Origin: Labilithrix sp.
GTDB taxonomy: Bacteria > Myxococcota_A > Polyangia > Polyangiales > Polyangiaceae
Reading direction: 5' to 3'
DNA: 64,000 nt
NCBI GenBank assembly: GCA_046351255.1
Contig: JAXLYU010000009.1
Span: forward strand, 293,975-357,974
This document shows, piece after piece, positions 1-10,940 of this stretch (the stretch's first letter is position 1; each line of letters opens with the position of its first letter). Under the pieces are notes generated by a model. It was given only the letters and a program-made list of their open reading frames with translations, did no database searches and had not been told where the DNA came from. The position numbers were made by a program, and so were the translations under genes.

Positions 1-2
1 GC

Positions 3-248
3 ACGCACGACTGCACGCCGGACGCGGACGGTCGCGTGTCGACGGGCGTCTCGCTCACGCCCGGTGACTTCTTCGGCTTCAAGGCGACGCTCACCGATTG
101 CAAGGTCACGGTCACCTACCTCGCGAGCGATCGGATCGTCGGCACGTTCACAGTCGAGGGCCACGCGCCCGAGGGCAGCAGCCTCGACGGCACGGTCTCG
201 AAGGCCACGGGCGCCTTCGACGTGCCGCTCGAGACGTCCAAGCTCTGA
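3..248 (+). CDS. 3' end of an upstream gene (partial C-terminal fragment, hypothetical protein)
   Basis: Open frame runs from the window edge to the stop at 246-248. The amino-acid composition looks protein-like (..TLTDCKVTVTYLASDRIVGTFTVEGHAPEGSSLDG..) and the gene has the same orientation as the operon downstream. No motif recognised. Confidence 0.4.
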   Translation, partial: THDCTPDADGRVSTGVSLTPGDFFGFKATLTDCKVTVTYLASDRIVGTFTVEGHAPEGSSLDGTVSKATGAFDVPLETSKL

Positions 249-267
249 GGACGTCTCCAAGGCGCGC

Positions 268-296
268 GCCGGGGGTTGCTTGCACTAGCCCCCGGC
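268..296 (+). terminator. GC-rich hairpin (8-bp perfect stem GCCGGGGG/CCCCCGGC, 13-nt loop) between the upstream gene stop and the WGR gene start
   Basis: Read directly from the sequence. There is no U-tract, so the role is ambiguous: a terminator for the upstream gene, or an attenuator or RNA-stability element for the operon. Confidence 0.35.
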
Positions 297-312
297 CGAT
301 ACGACGGGGGTC

Positions 313-1491
313 ATGCGTCGCTTCGAGCTCGTGGACGGCACGTCATCGAAATTCTGGGAGATCGACGTGGAGGGCAAGTCCACGACCGTTCGCTTCGGAA
401 AGATCGGGACGAACGGCCAGACCCAGACGAAGTCCTTCCCCACCGAGGCCAAGGCCCTCGCCGAGCGCGACAAGCTCGTTCGCGAGAAGACGGGCAAGGG
501 GTACGTCGAGAAGACGGGGACGGCGGCCGCTGCGCCCCTGGCCGCTCCGGCCGCCGCGCCCGCCGCGCCCGCCCCGAAGAAGAAGGCGGCCGCGAAGAAG
601 CCGCCAGCGGAGGCACCTCCGCCAGCGGCGGCCGGCTGGGTCCCCGCGGAGGACGGCTATGCGCTCGCGCTCCGGGACGGAAAGATCGTCGCGCGCAGCC
701 CGAAGGGCCAGGAGCTCTCGTCGGTCCCGAAGGACCTGAAGGCAGGCGCCGCGTACGGCGAGCTCGAGAACGTGAAGGAGTGGCTCCTCGCGCACGAGAA
801 GGAGTGCCTCGCCGAGGTCGAGACGTGGATGCTGCGCTCGCTCCCCACGCCGCGCGCGGTGCTCGCCGCCGTCTTCGAGGACGAGGCCTGGCGGAAGGCG
901 CTCGAGAACGCGGTCGTCGTTCCCGGCGGCGACGCGGAGGCGGGGCTCTTTCGCGGCGTCGATCCGGAGAAGGGGATCGGCCTGGTGACCCTCGACGGCG
1001 AGACGCGATGGACGCGCGCGGAGACGATCATGATCCCGCATCCCGTGCGCGTCCCCGAGCTCGACGACTTCCGGTCGCTCTCCGCCGAGCTCGGGCTCGT
1101 GCAGGGGATGAGCCAGCTCTTTCGCGAGACGTTCGCGCCGCCCGCGAGCCTCGACGCGTCGGCCACGACCGTGGGCGACTTCAAGAACGGGAAATTCCAG
1201 ATGCTCCAGCACGCGCTCGGCGTCGCGCGCAAGCACGGGTTCCGCGTCTCGGGCGGCAACGTCCTCTGCCGCGTGTGGCAGGAGGGGAAGGTGTTCGAGG
1301 CGCGCTACTGGATCGGCTCCGAGGACCCGACCATCGAGACGTACACGGACGACCTCCTCTGGGTCGACGAGAAGGAGCGGCCGATGAAGATCGCAGACGT
1401 GCACCCGGTCGCGTACTCGGAGGGCATGCGCATGGCGAGCCTCGTCTACGCCGCGCGCGTGATCGAGAAGACGGAAGAGGTGGCCTCGTGA
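313..1491 (+). CDS. WGR-domain protein (MolR-like N-terminus, 392 aa)
   Basis: N-terminus [44 protein letters not shown] closely matches the WGR domain consensus (W-G-R motif, here F-G-K-I-G). A Lys/Ala/Pro-rich linker and a C-terminal region of about 250 aa with unknown function follow. The stop overlaps the start of the next gene (GTGA at 1488-1491). Confidence 0.8.
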   Translation: MRRFELVDGTSSKFWEIDVEGKSTTVRFGKIGTNGQTQTKSFPTEAKALAERDKLVREKTGKGYVEKTGTAAAAPLAAPAAAPAAPAPKKKAAAKKPPAEAPPPAAAGWVPAEDGYALALRDGKIVARSPKGQELSSVPKDLKAGAAYGELENVKEWLLAHEKECLAEVETWMLRSLPTPRAVLAAVFEDEAWRKALENAVVVPGGDAEAGLFRGVDPEKGIGLVTLDGETRWTRAETIMIPHPVRVPELDDFRSLSAELGLVQGMSQLFRETFAPPASLDASATTVGDFKNGKFQMLQHALGVARKHGFRVSGGNVLCRVWQEGKVFEARYWIGSEDPTIETYTDDLLWVDEKERPMKIADVHPVAYSEGMRMASLVYAARVIEKTEEVAS

Positions 1492-4400
1492 GCGGCCTCG
1501 AGGCGAGCGCGGTCGTCCGCGCGGGCGGCATCGTCCCCACGGACGCGAAGGTCAGCACCGACGTGCGCGTGGGCGAGGTGGCCGCGCGCCGCTACGCGCA
1601 TCCGGCGCTCCCGGGCCGCACGATCGTACGGATCATCCCGGATGTGATGGCGCCCGGCGCGGACGTGGAGATGGAGACGCTCGGCTTCGCGCGTGGTGAG
1701 GTGAGCGGCAAGCTGGGGAAGGGGCGCTTCCGGTCCCTCGGGTTCCCGGGCTGGGCGCTCGTCCACGACCCGGCGCGCGCGAAGTTCGCGCTCGAGGTCA
1801 TGAAGGACTTCAAGCGCGCCGCGAAGCAGGTGAAGAGCAAGCCCGGCAACGCGCGCGACGCGTTCGTCGAGATCGGAAAGCTCCTCGCCCGCTCCGTACC
1901 TCACTTCCTCCCCTCGTTCTGGGAAGAGGCGGGCCGGCGCTTCGTGGCGGAGGACTCCACCACCTTCGCGGCGCAGGCCTTCGAGAAGGCGCGGCAGGCC
2001 GAGAAGGAGCACGCGCTCCCCGTGGACGAGGACGTGCGCAGCGCCGTCTACCTCGAGTTCGCGCTCGCGGGCGCGATCGCCGCGAAGTCGCTCGCGGGCT
2101 ATGCGAAGGAGCTCGAGGAAGCGTACGGCGCAGAGGCCGCGTACCCGCGCTACCTCGAGCTCGCGACCCGGCGCGTCCTCGGCGGAATGCCGCCGTGGAC
2201 CGGGCTGGCGAAGGAGCTCCGCGCCCTCGCGAAGAGCGCCAAGAAGGACGTCGCCGCGGAGGACGACGCGTTCCTCGCCGCGATCCTCGACGCGCCCGCG
2301 ATCTCGCGCGCGCCTGGCGAGCTTTGGACCACGTACGAGCCCGCGATCGCGCGGCTCGCGAAGCGGTCGCCCGCGGTCCGGCGCCGGCTCCGCCACCTCT
2401 ACCCGGAGCCGTCGTCCCGCGCGAAGGACTTCGGCACGTGGTGGTTCGATCTGCTCGTGCGCACCGGCTCGCTCGAGGGCCTGTGGGACGAGAGCGTCGA
2501 TGCGGCGGAGGCGGAGGCGCCGGGCGCCACCGCCGAGTGGCTCGGAAAGGCGATCCGCTTCACGAAGGGTGCGCCGGCCCTCTTCGACCTCCTGCCGAAG
2601 CTCCTGCCGCGCCTCGTCCGCGAGGCGAAGCCGGTCGCGGTGCTATGCGCGACGGCGCGGCGGCAGGGCATCTCCCTCGACTTCGCCGAGACGCTGCTCG
2701 CCGCGGGAGCGCCGATCGCGGAGCCGCCGCGCTGGTGCAGCATCGATCTGGCGGAGCCGTTCACGTGCGATCCCGTCCACGTCGAGGCCGACGCCGTGCT
2801 CGGGCCGCGCCTGCTCCTCGCCATAGAGGACGTGCTCGGTACCCCCGAGTTCGAGGCCCGATCCTCGGGGAAGAAAGGCCTCGCGCGGGTGCGTCGCGCC
2901 TGGCTCGAGCGAGAGGTGGGGCGCCTCGAAGGGCGCTGCCTCGTCGAGCTCGGCTACGCCTGCGCGCGTCTGCAAGCGAAGGTGCGCCCGACGCTCTGGG
3001 CGGAGCACCCCGACCTCGTCCAGCGCGTGCAGGGCACCGACGTGGTGCCCGCGCTCACGCGCACGCTCCGCGGCGGCGTCTTCGCGGAGTGGACGTGGCC
3101 GGTCTACGAGGAGCTCGTGGCGCGCGAGAAGGTCGAGCTCAAGCTCGACGGCGCGTGGCCGTTCCCGGTCTTCCGGACCGCGACGAAGGGCTTCGTGCTC
3201 GGCGCGGACCGCATCCTCCTCGAGCACGACTTCGTCCTGCCTCCGAAGGCGTCCGTGCATCGCTGCGTCTTCATCGAAGGGGACCTCCTCGTCACGCTCT
3301 CCATCGTCGGCTCCACGATGCGAGCGTACTGGGCGTCGAGCCCGAACGATCTCTTCGACCTCGAGGGCTACCTCTACTGGCGCGATCTCCCGACGTCGGT
3401 CGCGGCCCCCGGCGGCGGCGTCTCGCTCGGCGAGCGCGCGATTCACCGCGGCGATCGCGTCATCAAGATCGGTAACGGGCTCGTCAGCGACGGCGAGACG
3501 CTCTGGACCTCCGGCTACGAGGACGGGCGCATGAAGCTGTTCGAGCTCGACCCGAAGACGGGCGCGAAGGGGCGTGCGTCCTGGCCGGCCTTCGTGCAGG
3601 CCGCCGCGAGCACGTCCGACGACACGTCCCGCTTGCACGCGGTCTCGCTCGCCCCCGCGCCGGAAGGCGTCACCGCGTCGCCGCTCGGTCAGAAGGACGG
3701 GCTCCTCGGCGTCTACGTCCGCGGGCCCGCCCTGCACGCCACCGGCGCGCGCGAGGTGGTGCGGATCGACGGCCTCCGATGGACCGGCACGGGGACCCAG
3801 GCGCCGTCCGCGCTCGCGACCTGGCCCGGCGACCCGGCCCCGCGCGCTGTCTTCCAGCGGCGCCAGCTCCGCGTGGACGGAGGCTACGGCACCCCCGAGC
3901 TCCATCTCGAGGACCCTGCCGGCGCCATCTTCGCCGCGCTCGGCCCCGAGACCCCGTACCGCGCCGGCTGGACCGCGCTGCCTCATCTCTCGCTGTGGTG
4001 CTACCTCCGCCCGCGCGACGAAGCGGCGAGCCGCGCCCTCCGCGCGATCTCCGACGCGACGGCGAAGGCCCTCCTCGAGGGCGACGTCCTCACCGTGCTC
4101 CCCGAGGTGAAGGCGAAGGCGCTCGCGGAAGGGATCGCGGCCATCGCCGCGCAGGCGGTCGCCTTCCGCGCGGACCTCGCCAAGCTCGCGGCCTCGACCA
4201 CCTCCGAGGCGAGCGCGGCGCCTGCCGCCAGCGCCACGACGGTCGAGGACTCGGAGCTCGCGGCCGCGCTCGGGCCTCTCATCGAGATGCGCCGCTGGTC
4301 GAGCTCGCAGGTCACCGACGAGATCGCCGCCATCTCGGACGCGGTCCGGGGCAAGGGCACGCGCTCGTTCTCCGAGAGCTGGGCACCGTGGGATCGGCTC

Positions 4401-6242
4401 GTCGGGCGCCTCCGCGGCGTCGCGCTCTTCGCGATGCTGCCGGGCACCTCGGCGGAGCATCGGGCCACCATCGCGGCGCTCCTCGAGGCGTTCGCGCCCA
4501 CGGTGTTCGTCGATCCGGCGTACCGCATCCGCTGGTTCGCGGGAAAGATGACCAGCGCCTCTCCCGCGCGTCCAGGGACGGCGCACACGTGGATCGCGGA
4601 GAGCGGAGGGAGCACGTACGTCTTCCGCGACCTGAACGCGATCGTGCCGACCGCCACCGAGTGGGACATCCAGGCGCTCGAGCTGCGCGCGGACGACGCC
4701 TTCGTCCCGCCGCCCGGCGTGACGATCCGCGAGGAGCGGAAGATCGTTCACGATGGCGACGCCGCCTTCCTCGCGGGCTTCGCCGAGATCGCGCGGCAAG
4801 CGCTGCCGGCCTGGGATAACGGCGCCGCCGACGCGTTCGCGGCCGAGGCGGGCGTCACCCGCGCAGAGGCGACGCTCGTGCTCGCTGGGATGCCGAACAT
4901 GCAGACATACGCGGCAGACTTCCTCGGGAAGGAGCTTCGCGAGAAGCTGGGGCTGAAGACCTCGGACGCGAAGATGGCGCGCGAGTCCCTCCAGGGCCTC
5001 CCGAAGTCGAAGCTCCTCGACGTCTACGCCCTCGCCGCGCCGGCCGACGCGCGCGATCTCGTCCGCCCCTGGTCCGAGAGCGGGCTCGCGCTCCGGCTCG
5101 GTCGCGCGTTCGGCGAGGTGTTCGGCGCGCGCGTGGCGCTGCGCGAGGAGATCGTCACGGCGTGCGAGCGCGAGCTCGACCCGCCGCTCGCCTCGACGAC
5201 GCTCCTCGCGGCCGTCGCGTCGAGCGGCGAGCCTTCCTTCTTCAGGCGCCCGGAGCCGACCTTCGACGCCGCCTTCAAGTGGCAGCAGAAGCCGCCGAGC
5301 GATGTCCTCTCTCCCGCCGCGCTCACGTCGCTCGTGGGGCTCGTCTCGTGGCTCTACCTCGCGCTGCCGAGCGGCGATCCCTACCGTGACGCGGTCCCGC
5401 GCCTCGCGACCGCGATCGATCAGCTCCTCGACGATCCCAAGCTCGTGCTCCCGCTCCGGTTCCTCCAGGGCACCGACGCGGCCGCCGTGCGCTCCCTCGT
5501 CGACCTCGTGCGCGGCGACCCTGCGCCCGTGACGCTGAACAACGACCCCGCGCTCCATGCGGTCGACAGCGGCGCGATCGCGGTCGGCACGTTCCGCGAG
5601 GGGACGACGGCGGGCTTCCTCTTCCGACCCGCGAAGGTCCGGCCCGAGGATCCGATCGGCCGCGCCATCGCCTCGTCGAACCTGCCGAGCTGGGGCATCG
5701 GGACGGGGATGGCCTGGAACGCGGTCGCGCTCCTCCGCTCGCGCGGTCTCCGCGCCATCGTCGCGCGGATCGCGAGCGGCGGGCTCCCCAAAGGCGCGTA
5801 CGAGGCGAATCCCTCCGTCTCGATGCCGGCGCTCGTCGGCGCCGTCGCCAAGGCGAAGAAGCTCTCCGAGGAGGCGGCGTGCCACTACCTCCAGCTCCTC
5901 GGGCTCCTCGAGCCGACGGCGAAGGCGGTCCAGACCTGGAACGGCTGGAAACCTGCACAATACAAGAAAACCTGCGAGGAGCTCCTCGCGAAGAAGCTCG
6001 TCGTCGCGGGCAAGCGCGAGCGCGCCGGACGAGAGGTCTTCCTCCCGGGGGCGTGGGAGAAGGGGCGGGAAAAGAACCTCCCCACCGAGGGCTGGAAGAA
6101 GGCGCTCTACGACGAGCGGGTCGAGGGCGGCGCGCTCGTCGTCCTGCCGCGCACGTTGCCGCTGCGGCCGCTCCCCGAGATCTGGACCGACGCCTGGAAG
6201 CGGATCGAAGCGGGCGACATCCCGAAGCTGGAAGAGGTCTGA
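1488..6242 (+). CDS. Giant hypothetical protein (about 1584 aa), candidate YehI/MolR-body-like (DUF4132-type?) partner of the MoxR-VWA cassette
   Basis: Continuous ORF in frame with the 276..6242 ORF. I take the GTG at 1488, which overlaps the WGR stop, as the start; an ATG at 1654 is an alternative. Composition is protein-like (not Arg-rich garbage) and the gene has the same frame economy and orientation as its neighbours. I recognise no catalytic motif. The family call rests on gene-neighbourhood analogy only. Confidence 0.6.
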   Translation: MSGLEASAVVRAGGIVPTDAKVSTDVRVGEVAARRYAHPALPGRTIVRIIPDVMAPGADVEMETLGFARGEVSGKLGKGRFRSLGFPGWALVHDPARAKFALEVMKDFKRAAKQVKSKPGNARDAFVEIGKLLARSVPHFLPSFWEEAGRRFVAEDSTTFAAQAFEKARQAEKEHALPVDEDVRSAVYLEFALAGAIAAKSLAGYAKELEEAYGAEAAYPRYLELATRRVLGGMPPWTGLAKELRALAKSAKKDVAAEDDAFLAAILDAPAISRAPGELWTTYEPAIARLAKRSPAVRRRLRHLYPEPSSRAKDFGTWWFDLLVRTGSLEGLWDESVDAAEAEAPGATAEWLGKAIRFTKGAPALFDLLPKLLPRLVREAKPVAVLCATARRQGISLDFAETLLAAGAPIAEPPRWCSIDLAEPFTCDPVHVEADAVLGPRLLLAIEDVLGTPEFEARSSGKKGLARVRRAWLEREVGRLEGRCLVELGYACARLQAKVRPTLWAEHPDLVQRVQGTDVVPALTRTLRGGVFAEWTWPVYEELVAREKVELKLDGAWPFPVFRTATKGFVLGADRILLEHDFVLPPKASVHRCVFIEGDLLVTLSIVGSTMRAYWASSPNDLFDLEGYLYWRDLPTSVAAPGGGVSLGERAIHRGDRVIKIGNGLVSDGETLWTSGYEDGRMKLFELDPKTGAKGRASWPAFVQAAASTSDDTSRLHAVSLAPAPEGVTASPLGQKDGLLGVYVRGPALHATGAREVVRIDGLRWTGTGTQAPSALATWPGDPAPRAVFQRRQLRVDGGYGTPELHLEDPAGAIFAALGPETPYRAGWTALPHLSLWCYLRPRDEAASRALRAISDATAKALLEGDVLTVLPEVKAKALAEGIAAIAAQAVAFRADLAKLAASTTSEASAAPAASATTVEDSELAAALGPLIEMRRWSSSQVTDEIAAISDAVRGKGTRSFSESWAPWDRLVGRLRGVALFAMLPGTSAEHRATIAALLEAFAPTVFVDPAYRIRWFAGKMTSASPARPGTAHTWIAESGGSTYVFRDLNAIVPTATEWDIQALELRADDAFVPPPGVTIREERKIVHDGDAAFLAGFAEIARQALPAWDNGAADAFAAEAGVTRAEATLVLAGMPNMQTYAADFLGKELREKLGLKTSDAKMARESLQGLPKSKLLDVYALAAPADARDLVRPWSESGLALRLGRAFGEVFGARVALREEIVTACERELDPPLASTTLLAAVASSGEPSFFRRPEPTFDAAFKWQQKPPSDVLSPAALTSLVGLVSWLYLALPSGDPYRDAVPRLATAIDQLLDDPKLVLPLRFLQGTDAAAVRSLVDLVRGDPAPVTLNNDPALHAVDSGAIAVGTFREGTTAGFLFRPAKVRPEDPIGRAIASSNLPSWGIGTGMAWNAVALLRSRGLRAIVARIASGGLPKGAYEANPSVSMPALVGAVAKAKKLSEEAACHYLQLLGLLEPTAKAVQTWNGWKPAQYKKTCEELLAKKLVVAGKRERAGREVFLPGAWEKGREKNLPTEGWKKALYDERVEGGALVVLPRTLPLRPLPEIWTDAWKRIEAGDIPKLEEV

Positions 6243-6243
6243 G

Positions 6244-7416
6244 ATGGCGAAGAAGATCGAAGCGCCCGAGGCCGAGCAGGCGGCGCCGGCGGAGACCATC
6301 TGGGCCGAGGAGCTCGCCTTCCTGCGCCAGTGGGACGACGCCCCGCGACCGCCGGGCTGGCTCCTCTCTCCGCGCGCCGTCGTCACGTTCGTGATGGGCT
6401 CGAAGGACGAGAAGCTCGCGCTCCCGAAGACGGCGAAGACCGAGGGCCCGCGCACGCTCGCGATCACGGAGAAGTTCGTCGGCGAGCGCGCCATCGTCGA
6501 GCGCTCCGTGGTCACGCTCGCCGGCGAGCGTGGCCTCCTCCTCGTGGGCGAGCCAGGCACGGCGAAGTCGATGCTGAGCGAGCTCCTCGCCGCCGCCGTG
6601 TGTGGGACGAGCGCCCTCACGGTGCAGGGGACGGCGGGGACGACCGAGGACCAGCTCCGCTACGGATGGAACTATGCCCTGTTGCTCGCGAAGGGGCCTT
6701 CGCGCGAGGCGATGGTCCCTTCGCCGGTCCTCTCCGCGATGCGACGTGGCAGCATCGCGCGCGTGGAAGAGGTGACGCGCTGCCTCCCCGAGGTGCAAGA
6801 CGCCCTCGTCTCCATCCTCTCCGATCGGCGCATCGCCGTGCCGGAGCTCGCCGACGTCGCGGACGAGGCGCACGTCGAGCCGGCGCGGCCCGGCTTCAAC
6901 CTCATCGCCACCGCGAACCTCCGGGACCGCGGCGTGTCGGAGATGAGCGCGGCCTTGAAGCGTCGCTTCAACTTCGAGACGGTGCCGCCGATCCCGGATC
7001 TCGCGCGCGAGGTTCACCTCGTGAAGCGTCAGGCGACGACCATGCTCGCTCGCACGGGGGCGCCGATGAAGGTCGATGACGCCGTGCTCGAGGTGCTCGT
7101 CACCGCCTTCCGCGATCTGCGCGCAGGGCGATCGAAGGAGGGCTGGGCGGTGGAGAAGCCGAGCACCGTCATGAGCACCGCGGAGGCGGTGGGGGTGGCG
7201 GGCGCGATCGGTCTCCAGACCGCGTATTTCGCGAGCGATCGCGATCCGCTCACGCTCGTCCCCGGCTACCTCCTCGGCGTCGTGCTGAAGGACGATCCGA
7301 AGGATCGCGCACGGCTCCTCTCGTACTGGGACTCGGCCGTGAAGCGGCGCGCGGAGGACAAGCAGCGCGTCTGGCAGCAGCTCCTCGAGCTCCGCTCGGT
7401 GCTCGAGGAGGTCTGA
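6244..7416 (+). CDS. MoxR-family AAA+ ATPase (YehL-like)
   Basis: Walker A is LLLVGEPGTAKS. The Walker B region is GSIARVEEV. The MoxR-typical segments PEVQDALVSILSDRRIAV, GFNLIATAN and AALKRRF (Arg finger) are present. The ATG lies 1 nt after the upstream stop. Confidence 0.85.
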   Translation: MAKKIEAPEAEQAAPAETIWAEELAFLRQWDDAPRPPGWLLSPRAVVTFVMGSKDEKLALPKTAKTEGPRTLAITEKFVGERAIVERSVVTLAGERGLLLVGEPGTAKSMLSELLAAAVCGTSALTVQGTAGTTEDQLRYGWNYALLLAKGPSREAMVPSPVLSAMRRGSIARVEEVTRCLPEVQDALVSILSDRRIAVPELADVADEAHVEPARPGFNLIATANLRDRGVSEMSAALKRRFNFETVPPIPDLAREVHLVKRQATTMLARTGAPMKVDDAVLEVLVTAFRDLRAGRSKEGWAVEKPSTVMSTAEAVGVAGAIGLQTAYFASDRDPLTLVPGYLLGVVLKDDPKDRARLLSYWDSAVKRRAEDKQRVWQQLLELRSVLEEV

Positions 7417-7418
7417 GC

Positions 7419-10400
7419 GTGGAGCCCGCGTCGGCCGTCTCTCTGCTCGCGGGGAGCGTGGCGCCGTTCGTCATTGGCGTGCGCCACCACTCGCCCGCGT
7501 GCGCCGCCGCGATGCCCGTGCTCCTCGACGCGTTCGCGCCCGATCGCGTCCTCGTCGAGCTGCCGGCCGATCTCGATCCGTGGCTGCGGTGGCTCGCGCA
7601 TCCCGACACGAAGGCGCCGATCGCGCTTGCCGCCGCGAGCGAGGACGGCCGCCACCTGTCCTTCTATCCGTTCGCCGACTTCTCGCCCGAGCTCGCCGCC
7701 ATTCGCTGGGCCGCCGCGCACGGCGTGCCCGTCGAGGCCTTCGATCTGCCCGCCGGTGCGCGCGAGGGACGCCGTGCATCTCGCGCGACGCGCGCGGAGA
7801 GGGACTCGCTCGTCCGGCGGCTCTCGGAGGCCCACGACGCCGACGACGTCGAGTCGCTCTGGGATCGCATGGTCGAGGCGCGCGCGGTGAGCGGCGCGGA
7901 GGAGGCGACGCGTCGCGCCGCCCTCCTCTTCGGCTGGGCGCTCCGCGTCGACGAGCACGCCGCGGGCGGCGTCTCCGTCGAGGACCTCCGCCGCGAGGCG
8001 TACATGCGCCGGGCGCTCGCGAGGGCGAAGGGCCGTGTCGCCGCCGTCGTGGGCGCGTTCCACGGGGGCGCGCTCCTCGACGCGCCGATCCCGGCGCCGG
8101 TGCCGCCCGCGGACGAGGTGGTCCCGCGCCACGTGGTCTCCTCGCTCGTCCCGTATGCGTTCCCGCTCCTCGACTCGCGCTCCGGCTATCCGGCGGGCAT
8201 CCGCGATCCGATCTGGCAGCAGCGCGCGTACGAGGCGCTCGCCGCGGGGGGCGAGACCAGCGCGATCGTGGCGACCACGATGACGGAGATCGCGCGCGTC
8301 GTGCGCCGCCGTGGCCACGTGGCGTCGTTCGCGGACGTGAAGGAGGCGACGCGCCTCGCGCGCGACCTCGCGACCTTGCGTGCGCTGCCGGGGCCGGGAC
8401 GGCGCGAGCTCATCGAGAGCATCGAGAGCGCGATGCTGCAGGGCGAGCGGCTCGGGCGGGGGCGCATCGTGGCGCGCGCGCTCGAGGAGGTGCTCGTCGG
8501 TCAGGCGCGCGGGACCCTGCCGCGCGACGTGCCGCGCTCCGGGCTCGCGCCCCATGTGATCGCGCTCCTCGCGGAGGACGCGCTCCCGGGCCCGCCGGGG
8601 GAGGGCGCCTCGAAGGAGACGGTGCTCGATCCGCTCCGCTCGCACCTCGATCGGCGCCGGCAGCGGACGCTCGTCCGGCTCCGCACCGCGGGGATCCACT
8701 ACGCGGAGGAGGACGAAGATCGCGCCGGCGCCGGTGGCGGGGAGGCGCTCACGACGAGCTGGTCGATCCGCTGGAGCCCCACCACGGAGGCGACGATCGA
8801 GATCGCGAGCCTCCTCGGGGTGACGCTCGCACAGGCCGCGCGCGGCGCGCTCCTTCGCGACGTCGAGCGCGCGAAGGCCGAAGATCGCTGGGGCGCGGCC
8901 GCGCTCCTCGCCCACGTGCGCGCCGCCGCCGCGTGCGGCCTCGGCGAGCTCGTCACGGAGGGCCTCGCGCGCTTCGCGGACGAGGAGCTCGCCCACGCCG
9001 GTCTCTCGGAGGTGACCGCGCTCTCCGCGCTCGTCGACCGCCTCCTCCGCGGACACGTCTCGGCGCTGCCGGTGGAGCCGACGCCCGGCTTCGACTCGTT
9101 CGTCTTGCCGCCGAGCCTCCGCCGCGACGACGTCGCGCAGGCGCTCGTCCGCGCCGTCGAGGGCCTCGCCGGATCGACGCGCCTCGAGGACGCGCGCGCG
9201 CTTCTCGTCGTGGTCGAGCACCAGCTTCGTGAGCGTGATGCAGACGCGGACGACACCGCAGCGCGGAGTCGCGAGCCGTCCGAGATCCATCCTTTCGCCG
9301 ATGGCCGCATCGGCTTCGCGCTCGACACGCTCGCCCGTGACGGATCGCCGTTGATGCAGGGCGCGGGCGGCGCGGCCCGCGTCCTCCTCGGGCGCGAGGA
9401 CGCGGAGACGTTCGGCGTGCGTGTCGGCTCTTTCGTCGACGCGGGCGGGCCCGATCTCGCCGATCGCATGAAGGGCGCGCTGGTCCTCGGCCTGCCGCTG
9501 TTCGAGGCGCATCCCGGCTTCGCGGAGCGCCTCCTCGACCGACTCGAGGCGGTGGATGACCGCACGTTCCTCGAGCGCTTGCCTGCGCTCCGCGGCGGCT
9601 TCGCGGTGCTCGCGCCGGCCGCGCGAGAGCGCCTCCTCGCGGCGCTCGCGCCGAGGCTCGGCGACGGGCTCGGCGATCTCGAGAAGGCGCTCGAGCTCGC
9701 GAGCGGGCCCGAGCTCGCGGCCCGCGCGGCGCGAGCGGATGACGCCGCACGCGCCGCCGTCGCCGCGCTCGGCCTCGCTCTCCCACCGGCTCCCGCGCCT
9801 CGGTCCGCGCCGGGTCCACGCCCGCGCCGGAGCGCTCCTGGCTCGGCGATCTCGCTCGCGGATCGGATCCGGCTCGCGCTCGGGCGCGAGAACGAGAAGC
9901 TCGCGCCGCGCTCGCTCCCCTACGCCATCGCGCTCGACGAGCTCTACGGCCGCGGGCGAGGCGAGGGCTCGCGCCAGCTCGGCCCGCGCGGCGGCAAGGA
10001 CGCGCCGTTCCCGACGGTGCGCGAGTGGGCGGAGGAGCTCGAGGCGCTCTTCGGCGCAGCCGTGCGCGAGGAGATCCTCGGCGAGGCGGCGGGCGCGGGT
10101 CGACCCGCGGCCGCGCTCATGCTGGACCCCGACGTGGTGCGCCCCTCCGTCGAGCTCCTCGAGCAGGTGCTCTCGCTGAAGGGCGGCCTCGCGGAGCGCG
10201 ACCTCCATCGCCTGCGGGCCCTCGTGCAGCGCATCGTCGACGCGCTCGTCGAGGCCCTCGCGGTACGGGTCCGTCCCGCGCTCACGGGCCTCGTCACGGC
10301 GGCGCCCACGCGCCGCGCGATCGGACCGCTGGATCTGCGGCGAACCGTGCTCGCGAACCTGCGCACCGCGCGTCGCGCGGACGATGGCTCCGTCGCGATC

Positions 10401-10940
10401 GTCGCGGAGCGCCTCTTCTTCCGGCAACGCGCGAAGCGATCGCTCGACTGGCGCATCGTCCTCGTCGTCGACGTGTCCGGGTCGATGGAGGCATCCGTCA
10501 TCTACAGCGCGATCATGGCCGCGATCCTGAGCGCGCTCCCCGCGATCACGGTTCATTTCGTCGCGTTCAATACGACGGTGATGGATCTCTCCGAGCGCGT
10601 CGACGATCCGCTCGGCCTCCTGCTCGAGATCTCCGTCGGCGGCGGCACCGACATCGGACGAGGTCTTCGCTACGCGCGCGGCCTCGTGAAGGTGCCGCAG
10701 CGCACGATCGTCGTCGTGGTCTCGGACTTCGAGGAGGGGGCCTCGGTGCCCGCGCTCGTGGCGGAGGTGCAGGCCCTCGCGGAGAGCGGCGTCCGCGTGC
10801 TCGGCCTCGCCGCCCTCGATGATCGTGGTGCGCCGCGCTACCACGCGGGCGTCGCGAAGCGCATCGCGGACGCGGGCGCCTCCGTCGCCGCGCTCACTCC
10901 ACTCGAGCTCTGCCGCTGGGTCGGAGAGCAGATCCGCTGA
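7419..10940 (+). CDS. Large protein with a C-terminal von Willebrand factor A (VWA/MIDAS) domain and an N-terminal uncharacterised region (DUF5682-like; YehM+YehP-like fusion)
   Basis: The C-terminus carries a complete MIDAS: LVVDVSGSM (DxSxS), GGGTDIGRGL (Thr) and VVVVSDFEEG (Asp). The N-terminal roughly 900 aa are Ala/Leu/Arg-rich with no motif I can name. The GTG start is 2 nt after the MoxR stop. Confidence 0.8.
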   Translation: MEPASAVSLLAGSVAPFVIGVRHHSPACAAAMPVLLDAFAPDRVLVELPADLDPWLRWLAHPDTKAPIALAAASEDGRHLSFYPFADFSPELAAIRWAAAHGVPVEAFDLPAGAREGRRASRATRAERDSLVRRLSEAHDADDVESLWDRMVEARAVSGAEEATRRAALLFGWALRVDEHAAGGVSVEDLRREAYMRRALARAKGRVAAVVGAFHGGALLDAPIPAPVPPADEVVPRHVVSSLVPYAFPLLDSRSGYPAGIRDPIWQQRAYEALAAGGETSAIVATTMTEIARVVRRRGHVASFADVKEATRLARDLATLRALPGPGRRELIESIESAMLQGERLGRGRIVARALEEVLVGQARGTLPRDVPRSGLAPHVIALLAEDALPGPPGEGASKETVLDPLRSHLDRRRQRTLVRLRTAGIHYAEEDEDRAGAGGGEALTTSWSIRWSPTTEATIEIASLLGVTLAQAARGALLRDVERAKAEDRWGAAALLAHVRAAAACGLGELVTEGLARFADEELAHAGLSEVTALSALVDRLLRGHVSALPVEPTPGFDSFVLPPSLRRDDVAQALVRAVEGLAGSTRLEDARALLVVVEHQLRERDADADDTAARSREPSEIHPFADGRIGFALDTLARDGSPLMQGAGGAARVLLGREDAETFGVRVGSFVDAGGPDLADRMKGALVLGLPLFEAHPGFAERLLDRLEAVDDRTFLERLPALRGGFAVLAPAARERLLAALAPRLGDGLGDLEKALELASGPELAARAARADDAARAAVAALGLALPPAPAPRSAPGPRPRRSAPGSAISLADRIRLALGRENEKLAPRSLPYAIALDELYGRGRGEGSRQLGPRGGKDAPFPTVREWAEELEALFGAAVREEILGEAAGAGRPAAALMLDPDVVRPSVELLEQVLSLKGGLAERDLHRLRALVQRIVDALVEALAVRVRPALTGLVTAAPTRRAIGPLDLRRTVLANLRTARRADDGSVAIVAERLFFRQRAKRSLDWRIVLVVDVSGSMEASVIYSAIMAAILSALPAITVHFVAFNTTVMDLSERVDDPLGLLLEISVGGGTDIGRGLRYARGLVKVPQRTIVVVVSDFEEGASVPALVAEVQALAESGVRVLGLAALDDRGAPRYHAGVAKRIADAGASVAALTPLELCRWVGEQIR

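Noticed and set aside
249-312. Sigma-54 promoter inside the upstream hairpin loop (TTGCTTGCA)
   Set aside because: There is no properly spaced GG (-24) element. The loop has only a TTGCA-like -12 half.
276-6242. Single 1988-aa ORF spanning the WGR gene and the giant gene
   Set aside because: Its first 404 codons are an out-of-frame Arg/Gly-rich readthrough overlapping the well-supported WGR gene (313-1491). The real gene most plausibly starts at the GTG at 1488, coupled to the WGR stop.
2643-6620. 1325-aa minus-strand ORF antisense to the giant gene (and similar antisense ORFs at 7266-10844, 16933-18912, 27740-30775, 38469-41741, 45708-47615, 60722-63070)
   Set aside because: All are Arg/Gly/Ala/Pro-rich and low-complexity, with no motifs. 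They are artefacts of the absence of AT-rich stop codons in DNA with about 70% GC. The opposite-strand genes carry clear domain signatures.
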